Both the position numbers and the translations under genes were made by a program. From Geosiphon pyriformis uo1 (Eukaryota; Fungi; Glomeromycota): 64,000 nucleotides of DNA. The notes below the pieces were generated by a model. The model did not search any database and was not told the origin of the DNA. It was given only the letters and a program-made list of their open reading frames with translations. Positions 49,909 to 61,821 of the stretch are shown here, piece after piece; position 1 is the first letter of the stretch; the number at the start of each line of letters is the position of its first letter. The stretch is from NCBI GenBank assembly GCA_016748015.1, contig JAAOMT010000436.1, positions 878,033 through 942,032 on the forward strand, in the 5' to 3' direction.

Positions 49909-52354
49909 ACATCATCAGATGTGCACAAAGAGAGCACCTGTGAGACATGAGATGAATGCAAGTCCAATCCAGAAACACTTTGTCACTTGGCCAGATGAGA
50001 CTTGAGAATGCTCTTATGAGCATCAGAATTAAATATGCAAACAAAGAAATGGTCGGAACTTTCCACCTTACCACAATGCAGACACAAGACACTTGGGTAG
50101 ATCTTATTATATAGACATTTTCACATAGCAATTGGGAGACGGCAGTGGAGAGTCTTTAAAAAATAAGAGCACAAACCAGCCATAGATTTACTGGTAAAGC
50201 TGGCTGTCATATGGGAGTCAGAATGCCACACTGAAGCAGTGTGAAACCAATCCACATTATCAAGCAAACTGTCATCAACAACATTGAAACCAAAACCAAC
50301 CTCCCAGTAAGCCCAATTAATAGACCTGAAAATCTCACAAGCAAAATAACAAATATTCTCAGACACTGCCTCTCTGGTAACTATGATAAATTTCTCTCTA
50401 ACCAAAACAGGAAGCACCAAAGAAAAGCTTGCAGCTAAACCAGCCAACTTATCAGCATGCTCATTATCTATAACACCTGAATGTCCTTTTACCTTATACC
50501 AAGAAACAACAAGCTGCTTTTTTCTAATTAAATTGACAATGTCATGCCACTCTATCCAACAGCAGTTGCGGAAATCTGGAGACACCAGAGCAAATTCAGC
50601 CACACACGCATCTAATACAACCTGACTGTCTGAATAAACCACCACAGAACTGTTAAGGGGAACACACTCTAATGCCAAAGCAATCACCTACAGTTCTGCC
50701 ATAGTCGAAGACACCAATCCACCAATCTTAGCACCAATACCCATGTCCAAATCTGAGAAATAAGCAGCAGCATCACATTTCATTTTACATGAACTCAAAT
50801 CTTTCAATGATCTATCAGTATAAACATTGACTACCCTCATATTTGCTGAAGAGAGACAATAGCTCAATCTGGAAACTGCATCCGAACTACAAACATCTAT
50901 ATCCCATGAACCTTCAATGTGCAAATTATCAGAAGTAAAAGATCAATTCAAAAAGTCACAAATCAAAGTGAACCAATGAGGGACAGGACCCCTTGGATCA
51001 AGTCTTTTCCAATGATGAAAGCTTTTCTAATCAAAAATTAAACACTTTTTGGTATATAACTGCTCAGCAAAGGCAACTCCAAACTTTCTGAGAGACAAAA
51101 AGACATCATAAAACAAAGAAGCACCTAGGACTGCAGATATTGGTATTCCACCAGAAAATCGGAATGCAGAAACAGAGAAATTGCCAAAAAACATGCCACA
51201 GTCCAAAAAATTCTAACAACTTCTGCCAAAAAATTATTGACCGGACTGACATGCAACCTAATTGGACAACATAAAGGGTGAATAGGTGACCAACCCAAGA
51301 CTTAAAGATCCAGAGATCTATGATTGAACAAATGACCAAGAATACCATCAGCATTTGAGAAACACAACACAGAAACCACCTTGTATTCAGTTTGCAACTG
51401 CTCAAAAGATTTTAAACTGTACAAAGAAGAATGATGAAGAGTCTCATTGAAAAAGTCTCTTGGAAGACCAGCTTTAAGCCTTAACCCCCTCCTGATCAAT
51501 GTATCCCACTTCATACACACATTCCTGAAGACAAAACTGAACTAAGTTCTGTAACTAATAATCGGTTGCAACACAGCTAATACTAGATAAAGAAACTGCT
51601 TGTTCGAAATAGTTTTTTTGAGAACCAAATTGACAAAAAACCTGACATCCATGTGTGCCTTAGCCAAGCTTGGTTTGGACAATCTCTCAGATGACAAATA
51701 AATGCCAAGGTATCGATGAGACTTCTTCCTGTAAGCAATTGAAATCAGCAGACCACTAATTGACAATGAAGCATTACTAACTCTCTGATTGATAGGAATA
51801 GCTACAGTTTTTTCATTATTGATAAAAATGTCATTTATCTTAAAAAATTCACTCACTGTGTCCAAGATATATTGAATGGCAGCCTGATTGCTTTCCACTC
51901 AGATGGTATCATCCATGAATGCACCAGTAGCCAGAAAGGAAGTCAAACTGCCTTGGTTTTCTATTCTGCTAGTCTTAGCTACAAATTTAGTATCAATTTG
52001 GTAACCACACAAACTTTTCTGTCTCTTGATCTCACACAAAAGAGGGTTGTAAAAGATCTTCTACAGCAAAGGAGAGAAAACCTCACCCTAATTAAAACTA
52101 TCATGTACCCGGTAGTCATCCATTAGACCAAAATTAGTCATAACTTAGTTAATGTGGTCATTGTGAATTGAACCAAAAAATCTAATAAAATGCCTGCACA
52201 TTTTGATTTGAACCAAACTATTATACAAGTGATGTCAACCTACAGAATCATAGACTTTACGCATATCTTGTAGCATAAGCCAAAGTTCACAATTCTTCTC
52301 CAAAGCATCTTCAACAACCAAACCAATGACAAAAATAGAAAACTGAGTGGTCAT

Positions 52355-53367
52355 TGTTACCAGTAGAATTTTAACTATTAATTAGCATGAAATTACCCTT
52401 ATAATTCCTATAATTCATTAGTATATTAATATTATTTCAAATTATCATTTATTATTTAATCAATTATCACATATCACGATTTAATTAAAATAATCTAATT
52501 AGTATAACAGAAAGTAGAATGATCAAATTACACAATACCCTGAACTTTGTAACATTCAAAAATTCACCGAAATTACAGAAATTCGCTGAAATTTATAAAA
52601 AATTCACCGAAATTTACAGAAATTCACTGAAATTATGAATAGTTCACCCAAATTAATCAATAGTTTAGTGAAATAACTTGTAGTTTATCAAAATGTATCT
52701 TTAGTTCGCCGAAATTTGAGCAAAGAGAAAAAGTACAAGTTTATAGACTAGTACTACAACAAGTTGTATAAAAGAAGAGCTTTTCTCTTCTGGAAAATGT
52801 ATTTTACTTTAGATTTATCTCTTAAAACCATTTCTATATACACAAAGAGAAATAAATATCAAATAATTCGAAAAAACCAAATTCTTTAATTATTGTACTT
52901 GGAAAAACCCCAAAAATCCAACTAACATTTTGAAATTGATTAGCTACCAATTTCAGTAAACTGTTAGTGACTTCAGGCCTGGATAGAAAACGTTTCTCTT
53001 AATAAGATTCTATTTCTTTTACATTTCTTTTATTTATTTTTTTCTTTTCTTATTATAATCATTAGGGTAGCCTACAGATGAAATTCCTGTAGAAGAGTTG
53101 ACTTTTACAGCAAAGTAACTACACATTTTAGTGAGCTTCCAGACGAGCAATTCCTGGGAAAGAGTTGACATTTACTACAACCTAACTACATAAAGTAACT
53201 GACAAGGAATTGGCCATTCCACTTATAAGCCCAGCAGTTTAAATTATAGGAGATAATTTGAAGATAAATTCGGTTATTGGAGGTTTAATTACTTCTAGAA
53301 AACGTGAATTTGCAACCAACAGACATTTACAATATTCAAGAAAAGAGACCAAAAACCTCTGGTAACA
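52355..53367 (+). repeat. 5' LTR of gypsy B (1013 bp)
   Basis: TGTTACCAG...CTGGTAACA; contains ~20-bp AATTCRCYGAAATT repeats and a TATA-like GTATAAAAG. Confidence 0.95.
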
Positions 53368-53369
53368 TT

Positions 53370-53385
53370 TGGTGCTCTCTCACAG
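53370..53385 (+). other. Primer-binding site
   Basis: TGGTGCTCTCTCACAG, 2 nt after the LTR, complementary to a tRNA 3' end ...AGAGAGCACCA. The tRNA identity was not determined. Confidence 0.75.
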
Positions 53386-53412
53386 AAATAACACAGCAAC
53401 AACAAATTCAAA

Positions 53413-56400
53413 GTGGCGACCACACCAAACACAGCAACTCTAGAGTATTACCAGTCAATTTACACCCACTGCAAACAAAGATTCAACATTTCAGACGAAA
53501 TTGAAATTGTAAAGAAATCAGTATACCAATACATTGAAAACTGCATCAACAATTATCTTTTTGGAAACTACAACATTACAGAAGTTAGAAGCAACCTCTA
53601 CAATAATTTAGTGCACTATTCACAATTGAAAACAGAAGACTTGAACAGTGAAACACTTGCTACCTACTTCCAAGAACTTAATTTTAACATTATTGAGTAT
53701 TGTGAAGAAAAATACCCAGTACAGTCTAAATACTCTTTTGACTTTGAATTAGAGACAGAAACAAGCAACAAAGGCAAACAAAGATTAAAACAATACTCAA
53801 GAACCACTCCAAACACTCCAACATTACAAAAGACAATTGCCAAACACTTGCAAACACCTGAACAAGGAACCAGTGTCAAATTATCACTTTCTATTACACC
53901 ATTTTCAATTTCACTTGTTCAACTACAAACACCAAGTTCACCACTTAGCCATTTCTCCAGACCAGAAGATTTTCAGTCACTTAGAAATCCTACTCAACAG
54001 CAGGAACCAATATCAACAAGTGCCAATATCATTGATTACTTACAGGAAAACGAAAGTAATCACTCAGAAAGCTTAGAAAGTAAAGAAACTGAATCAGAAC
54101 CAGAAGAAATTACAGAAAACGAAGAAAAAATGGCAACTGCTTACATTGCAAAAATTTCAGAATTCACTGGTGAAGACAATAATACCAGTCCCCAAGAATG
54201 GCTTGACAAAGTTCAAAAAGCAGGAGATGCAAATGGTTGGATTGCAGCAAGAATGCTCAAAGCAATTCCCTACTTTCTCTAAGGAACAGCAGGAGAATGG
54301 TTTGAAAATTTAGAAAAACCATTTAAAAACTGGCAAGCATTCAAAGATGCTTTTCTACAACAATTCACTGACAACAATACCTCTATCACTCTCAGAAACT
54401 GCTTTCACAATATCAAACAAGAAACATCTGAATCTGTTATGACTTATCTTAGAAGATTTAACAAACTTCTCAGACAAATCTGACAATTGGAAACCAATAA
54501 TTACTATTCCTGTCTCTTATACACATCTCAACCTATTATTCACCAAGACCACAAAATCAAAACTACTATCCACCAGCTCCACAATCAATGCAGCAACAAT
54601 ATCAGCAACCTTTACCAATTCAGCCATATCAGACACCACCCACTCAACAATATTAAGTACCAGCAAGAAGATTGGTTCAACATAACCAATTCACATCCCA
54701 AAATCAATTGCAGAATAACCACAACAGAATCAATCCAAATAACCAGTTGGTTCTCCGAAATTTAGGTTAGCAAAGATCTAATCACTATCATACTCAACCC
54801 AGTTATCTTACAATACCAGAGGAATCGGATTTTCAACAAACTGCACTTTTTGAAGATGAAGTTGCAGCATTAAGATCAAATTCTTCCAACTACACCATCC
54901 CACCAGCTCAAATTGCCCAAAATGCTAATCTGTTAGATATATTTTCATTTGAATTTGAAGCAAATGAATCACTATTTCTGTTTAGTAATGCAGCAGTCAA
55001 TGAACAGAAAGCAATTACTGCCATGTACACAGAAGCTACAGTGAAAGAAAAACCCATTCGCTTAATCTTAGATAGTAGATTAGCTGGAAGTATCATCACT
55101 TACCAGCTGATGCAACAACTCAAACGAAACGTAGACAAACCAGCTCAAACAGTTATTGTCACAGCTGATAGTATGAAGAAGACTCCAGTAGGAGAAATTA
55201 ATGATTTCCCTTTTTCAATTGATGGAATCACCATTCCAGTTAAAGTTTTTGTATGGATGCACCCCAATACCAAGCTCTAGTCAGAAATGATTGGCTTCTC
55301 AAGGCCAATACAAACCTGAACTGGGAAACTCAAGAACTTAAAATCTCATACCATAGTACCTGCAATCTGTGGTACCTTTAACAAATGATCAGAAAAAACT
55401 CCAGTATTTGAATTTGAAGAGGAGAAAGAAATGCCACTTACTGAAACCTACATGGCTCTTGGATCAACATTCAATTGGGCTAAAGAAACCAAACAAGAAA
55501 TTTTTGAAGAATCAAGGGGATAGAAAAAAGTTAGATATTCTACACCAGAACCACAGAAACAACCACCCTATATTCTACTCAAATGCAAAGATTGCAACAA
55601 AAAACTTTCATCAATGAGAGCATGTATTTCTCCAGAAGAAGAATATGAAACTCATATCTGTTACTTTTGCAAAGCATGCCATAGAGAACGATTTGGATCT
55701 CCAAAAAGAAGTGGAAAATGGGACAACACACCTTGTCTTACATGTGGAGAAATGCTACCAGAAGAATGCAATTGGATTGATGTAGCAATGAAAGGAGGAG
55801 TATGTAATCAAACCTGTCAATATGCTCTATCAATTTCGGAAAAAGTCAGAAGAGAAACACCATTTGATGCAGCATACAACAGTGCTCTCAATAAACTTTA
55901 CCACTACCCTCATGATGCTGGAATGATTTTTGACTTAGCAATGGCATTGATCAATGGAGCCACCCAAGAAGATGTCCACCAAATGAAAGAAGCTGAATTT
56001 ATTAAGTATACCATGGAATTAACTGAATTCGATTATGAAGATGAAGTAGAAATCTACCACCAAATTACAAGCCACACATATTCGACCAAAGAAGCTCAAA
56101 TTCAATGATTAGAGCAAATAAACATTCAATTGTGTGAAGAATGTGTTATGTCTTGTGATAACCAATGGTGTTTAGAATGTTATGCTCTTATCATTCTTCT
56201 GCCAGATGAGAATGATGAAAATAAAATCAAATTTGGAGTATCTGAACTAGTAGAAGAACTACCAACCACTCCCATCTATCTTCTTGAAAAGCAACTACCT
56301 CTACAACTTAAATATTTTGACAACCATGGCCAAAGAATCAAACCAGAAAAAGCACACGAAATTGATGCTGGATATGACCTAAGATACCCAGGAAAAGATA

Positions 56401-58580
56401 CTTTGATTCTCCAACCAAAGTCTTTAACAAAAATCAATCTCAAAATTGCTCTTGAAATTTCACCAGGAGCAATGGTTCAAATTGCCTCCAGATCATCATT
56501 GGCAAGCAAAGGAATCAATATTAGAGGAGGAGTTATAGATGCAGGATACACTGGAGACATTACCATTATGTTACAGAATGAGACAGACAAACCATTCAAA
56601 ATTAAACATGCTGAAAAAATTGCTCAAGCAATTTACTTACCCTTAATCAACATTTCGGGTTTACAATCAGTAAACAACAGAAAACAATTGGGAAAAAGTG
56701 AAAGAGAAACTCAAGGTTTTGGTTTAACTGGATGATTTACAGTCCCAGTAAACATAGTTCTTAATACACAAAATGAATCTCACCAGATTCTTCAACTTCC
56801 TCAGCCAATTACCATTTTACTTTTTGGAGAACATCACGAAATTTACACTTGCTCAAAACCCATTACTACACAACAAATCTTTGAATCCAATGAACAAATC
56901 TGTTTGAAGCATGAAATATCAATTCCAAACGTTTATATTCCCAAAAAAATGAAAAAATTTTGAGTTATATTCTACAACCCCAATAATTACCTTATTGTTT
57001 TATTAAACAAATTAGAAATTGGAATCATATACAGCAATATTTTTTAAGATGAAAACCCTTAAATTGTCTCTAATTTCATCAAAATTGTAAAGCACACTCT
57101 ACTCCCAAATCCAAATATCATTCCCACTACTGAAAACTACCACTTGTTGGAAAAAAAACTCTTTTGAATCAATATGGGTCCCTTAGAACCTTAACAACAA
57201 AGACAATTGAAACAATTGATAGCTGAATTTGCAGATATATTTGCAAAAGACAACAATGACTTGGGAAAAACAGACATTGTTCAACATCAGATCCATACAG
57301 GAGATGCTCTACCAAAACGTTAACAAGCTTATCAAATGCCACCTGCCAGCCACCAATTCATCAGAGAAGAGGTCCAAAAAATGCTCAATAACGGATTGAT
57401 TCAACCATCAAGAAGTTTTTGGGCCTCATTAGTAGTTTTAGTTAAAAAGAAAAATGGAAAAATCAGATTCTGTGTTGATTATAGACAACTGAATAGTGTT
57501 ATAATTAGAGATGCCTACCCTCTTCCAAGAATTGATGACATGCTAGATGCTCTAGGAAAAGCCAAGTTCTTTTCAAGTTTAGATCTGAAAAGTGGATACT
57601 GGCAAGTCGAAATGGATCCAAAAGATAGACCCAAAACAGCATTCACCACTCAAGAAGAAAATTATGAGTTTAATGTTATGCCTTTTGGACTCTGCAATGC
57701 ACCAGCAACATTTCAGCGACTCATGGATGTTGTCTATGAAGGGCTCTTGTGGCAATCAGTAGTTGTTTATCTTAATAATACTGATGTATACTCACCAAGC
57801 TTTGAAGCCCATCTCATTCACCTACGAGAAGTTTTTCAATAATTATAGAAAGCAGGATTAAAGTTAAATATTGAGAAATGTTACTTTGGAAAAACAAGCT
57901 TGATTTTTCTTGGACACATAGTTAGTAAAGATAGAATCAAACCAAATCCAGAAACAATCAGTGCTGTCAAAAACTTTCAAACTCCCAGAAATACTACAGA
58001 ACTAAGAAGATTTGTGGGATTAGTCTCTTACTATCAAAAATTCATAAAAGAATTCTCAGAAATTGCCAAACCATTCAATTATCTTACCAACAAAAACATA
58101 CCATACAAATGAACTGAAGAACAACAAAAAGCTTTTGAAATTCTCAAAACAAAATTGACAATAACCCCAGTTCTTGCTTACTCAGACTTGAACAAATGAT
58201 TCCAATTAGCCACTAATGTCTCACACATAGCATTTGGTGCCATCTTATTACAATTGAATGAAAATGGCCAAGAACAAGTTATTGCCTATGCCAGCAGAAC
58301 ACTCAAGCCAATAGAACTCAAATATGGCTCAACTGAATTAGAAGCTGCTGTAATTATTTGGGCTCTTAAACATTTTCAACAATATCTGAAGAATGGAAAA
58401 GAATTTGACATAATAACGAACAACATTGGCCTCAAATGACTCAATAAAAAGAAAACTGAACAAAGTGCCAAACAGTCTCAATGGAATGACTTCCTAGCAG
58501 ACTACAGATATATTGTACACCACAAACCAGAAAAACTACATACCAATGTTGATAGCCTCTCAAGAATGAGACAAGATTAA
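53413..58580 (+). pseudogene. gag-PR-dUTPase-RT-RNaseH of gypsy B (nonsense codons, frameshifts, part of gag missing at 54510)
   Basis: Capsid FTGEDNNTSPQEWL; PR ILDSRLAG; dUTPase DAGYDLRY/ASRSSL/IDAGYTG/QGFG; RT RFCVDYR, MPFGLCNAPATFQ, YLNN; RNase H ends VDSLSRMRQD*. Confidence 0.92.
54510..54528 (+). other. Tn5 mosaic end / Nextera adapter sequence (probable assembly artefact)
   Basis: Exact 19-mer CTGTCTCTTATACACATCT at a discontinuity in gag. Confidence 0.9.
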
Positions 58581-58638
58581 TACCAACAACAATTCTACCA
58601 CAACTTACCAACTTACCAACAAAAATAACCAAACAAGA

Positions 58639-59973
58639 ATGGATCCCAGAAACTACAGCAATCTTAAAAATTATTTGGAGACTCTTACCATGTCAGAAAA
58701 CTGGTTTCTAAGTAAAAAACACCACTTACAACACCAATCAAAACAATATTTCATACACCAAAACAAAATCTATTATAAAAATTACAGAAAACCAAACCAG
58801 CCACTCAGATTAGTACAAGAGAATGAAAAAGAAACAATTTTATACAACATGCACACAGATCCGTTTTCAGCACACTTGGGAAAAGAAAAAACAATTCAAA
58901 GAACTCTTGAACATTATTTTTGGCCTCACATGCAAAAAGACATTCAACAATATGTAGAATCTTGTGATAATTGTCAAAGAAAAGGAGAAACTTGTCCCAC
59001 AGAATCTTTAAATCCAATCAAAGTTGGACAACCTTTTGAGAGAGTTGGAATTAATTTAGTTGGACTATTACCTATCACAACCCAAGGAAATTGTTATATT
59101 GCAGTTGCAGTGGATTATCTTACTAAATGGCTTGAAGCTAGAGCCATCCAAAGAGCAGATACAAAATCAGTAGCAAATTTCATCTATGAAGACATTATCT
59201 GTAGACATGGATGCCCAATTGAACTTTTATCTGATCAAGGAACACATTTTGTGAACAACTTGATACAAGAAATTTGTGAACGGTTCAATGTCAAAAGACC
59301 TCTATCATCACCTTATCACTCTCAAACAAATGGACTTGTAGAACGTTTCAATAGAACATTGTGTGAATCTTTAGCCAAAGTCTCAACAAACTTTGAGCAG
59401 GAATGGGATATCTTTATTCCATCAGTGTTACTAGCATACAGAACACTAAAACAAGATACTACGAAACACACACCATTTGATCTTACTTATAAAAGAACAG
59501 CAATATTACCAATTAATTTCACAGTGGAAACATACCCAGTGCAACCAATCAATGAAGAAAACTTTCAAGAGACACTCCAAAGAAGAGCCTACACTCTTTT
59601 TAGTACATTGGAAGGAAAAAGAAGAATAGCAGCAACTCATATTGAACATTCCCAAGCTCAACAAAAAGAAAGACATGACAACAAATTACCACTTATTACC
59701 AACAAATTTAAAGTTGGAAATAAAGTTCTCTTACACAGAACTAAGGCTGAAAAACAATGGAGTGGGAAATTTGAAAACAAATGGGATGGATCATTTTATA
59801 TTCATGAAATTCTAGGCAATGAATCATATAAGTTAAGACTTGATGACAAAATATTAGCAAAAGTTGCACATAGAGACAGACTGAAACACTATCATTCCAG
59901 AAACAATCCTGAACCATTAATTCCACAAATTGGTATACATTCCCCTTTAATTAATCCTGAAGATATTCCCTGA
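58639..59973 (+). CDS. Integrase ORF of gypsy B (444 aa, open; first catalytic D reads N in VGINLVG)
   Basis: HHCC, SDQG, NGLVERFNRT, KWDGSF; has its own ATG in a different frame from RT/RNase H. Confidence 0.88.
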   Translation: MDPRNYSNLKNYLETLTMSENWFLSKKHHLQHQSKQYFIHQNKIYYKNYRKPNQPLRLVQENEKETILYNMHTDPFSAHLGKEKTIQRTLEHYFWPHMQKDIQQYVESCDNCQRKGETCPTESLNPIKVGQPFERVGINLVGLLPITTQGNCYIAVAVDYLTKWLEARAIQRADTKSVANFIYEDIICRHGCPIELLSDQGTHFVNNLIQEICERFNVKRPLSSPYHSQTNGLVERFNRTLCESLAKVSTNFEQEWDIFIPSVLLAYRTLKQDTTKHTPFDLTYKRTAILPINFTVETYPVQPINEENFQETLQRRAYTLFSTLEGKRRIAATHIEHSQAQQKERHDNKLPLITNKFKVGNKVLLHRTKAEKQWSGKFENKWDGSFYIHEILGNESYKLRLDDKILAKVAHRDRLKHYHSRNNPEPLIPQIGIHSPLINPEDIP

Positions 59974-60202
59974 AATTTAAAACCAATAATCATAATAGAA
60001 CAACAACCAAACTTGAACACTTAAATTTTACAATAATTTTCTAATAAAAACACAAAGACAAAAATAGTAAACAAAACACCCAAACCCAAAAACAAATAAA
60101 AATCCCATATCCAAAAATAATTTTTTTTATTCTCTCTTTTCATAATTAGTCAATTTTATCATAATTATTCCCTGAAATATTCAACAAATATCCCAATAAT
60201 TA

Positions 60203-60868
60203 ATGTTAGTCTTGAAAACACTCCCTGACTTATCTATAATAATTAATAGAAGTCAAATTAATTACATTCAGAAAGAAACTACAGCCCCAGTAGCAAATCA
60301 GTTACAGAACTATCACCCCTATAGAAGAAAAACAAAAAGTCACTCTAAGAATAAATTACCAAGACTTTTGAAGCAGGCACTAAAAGAAAATCTTTTAATT
60401 GCCCCTATTGACATTCCACCAAATGCTACAATGCAACAAAAACTTCTACTACTTCTTAATGAACAGAACAATGAACACACCCTTATCTATAAATACTTTC
60501 AAATTGGAAAAACACTTTATGAACGAAAACTGGAACTTGAAGCAACAAATCTCACTTCTGAAGTTATACAAAAACAAATCCACAATGAATTCAAAACAGC
60601 AGCTGGACCAACAAATATTTACTACAAACCTAGAGCAGCTCTTAGACTCTATGACTTGTTTAATACTTGTGAAAATATTCTACAAAATCCAATACTGCAA
60701 TCAATAAAAGTCCAATACATTGGCAAACTCACAGAACTGAAATTTCAACAATTTTCAGACCAGATTACTTCAATTATTTTAGATCACTATTTCAATATTA
60801 CAGATAGTGCTTGGACTTCGACAGAGCTCAGTTTTGAGGAGGAGATTATGTTACCAGTAGAATTTTAG
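60203..60868 (+). CDS. ORF3 of gypsy B, 221 aa, unknown function
   Basis: Open ORF between IN and the 3' LTR, running through the PPT; no hydrophobic TM segment; shares motifs with ORF3 of gypsy A. Confidence 0.7.
   Translation: MLVLKTLPDLSIIINRSQINYIQKETTAPVANQLQNYHPYRRKTKSHSKNKLPRLLKQALKENLLIAPIDIPPNATMQQKLLLLLNEQNNEHTLIYKYFQIGKTLYERKLELEATNLTSEVIQKQIHNEFKTAAGPTNIYYKPRAALRLYDLFNTCENILQNPILQSIKVQYIGKLTELKFQQFSDQITSIILDHYFNITDSAWTSTELSFEEEIMLPVEF
60836..60848 (+). other. Polypurine tract of gypsy B
   Basis: GAGGAGGAGATTA immediately before TGTTA. Confidence 0.85.
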
Positions 60869-61821
60869 CTATTAATTAACATGAAATTACCCTTATAATT
60901 CCTATAATTTATTAGTATATTAATATCATTTCAAAGTATCATTTATTATTTAATCAATTATCACATATCACGATTTAATTAAAATAATCTAATTAGTATA
61001 ACAGAAAGTAGGATGATTAAATTACACAATACCCTGAACTTTGTAACATTCAGAAATTCGCCGAAATTTACAAAAATTTGCCGAAATTATGAATAATTCA
61101 CCCAAATTAATCAATAGTTTAGTGAAATAACTTGTAGTTCATCAAAATGTATCTTTAGTTCGCCGAAATTTGAGCAAAGAGAAAAAGTGCAAGTTCATAG
61201 ATTAGTACTACAACAAGTTGTATAAAAGAAGAGCTTTTCTCTTCTGGAAAATGTATCTTACTTTAGATTTATCTCTTAAAACCGTTTCTATACACACAAA
61301 GAGAAATAAATATCAAATAATTTGAAAAAACCAAATTTTTTAATTATTGTACTTGGAAAAACCCCAAAAACCCAACTAACATTTCGAAATTGATTAGCTA
61401 CCAATTTCAGTAAACTGTTAGTGACTCCAGGCCTGGATAGAAAACGTTTCTCTTGATAAAATTCTATTTCTTTTACATTTCTTTTATTTTTTTCTTTTTT
61501 TTCTTATTATGATCATTAGGGTAGCCTACAGATAAGATTCCTGTAAAAGAGTTGACTTTTACAGCAAAGTAACTACACATTTTAGTGAGCTTCCAGATGA
61601 GCAATTTCTGGGAAAGAGTTGATGTTTACTACAATGTAACTACATAAAGTAACTGGCAAGAAATTGGCCATTCCACTTATAAGCCCAGCAGTTCAAATTA
61701 TAGGAGATAATTTGAAGATAAATTCGGTTATTGGAGGTTTAACTACTTCTAGAAAACGTGAATTTGCAACCAACAGACATTTACAACATTCAAGAAAAGA
61801 GACCAAAAACCTCTAGTAACA
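60849..61821 (+). repeat. 3' LTR of gypsy B (973 bp)
   Basis: Collinear with 52355-53367, with two fewer ~20-bp units. Confidence 0.95.

Larger units (their letters stand above)
52355..61821 (+). mobile_element. Full-length Ty3/gypsy element, family B (decayed)
   Basis: Paired LTRs, PBS, gag, PR, Cys-rich region, dUTPase, RT, RNase H, IN, ORF3 and PPT; 4-bp TSD TCAT/TCGT. Confidence 0.96.
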
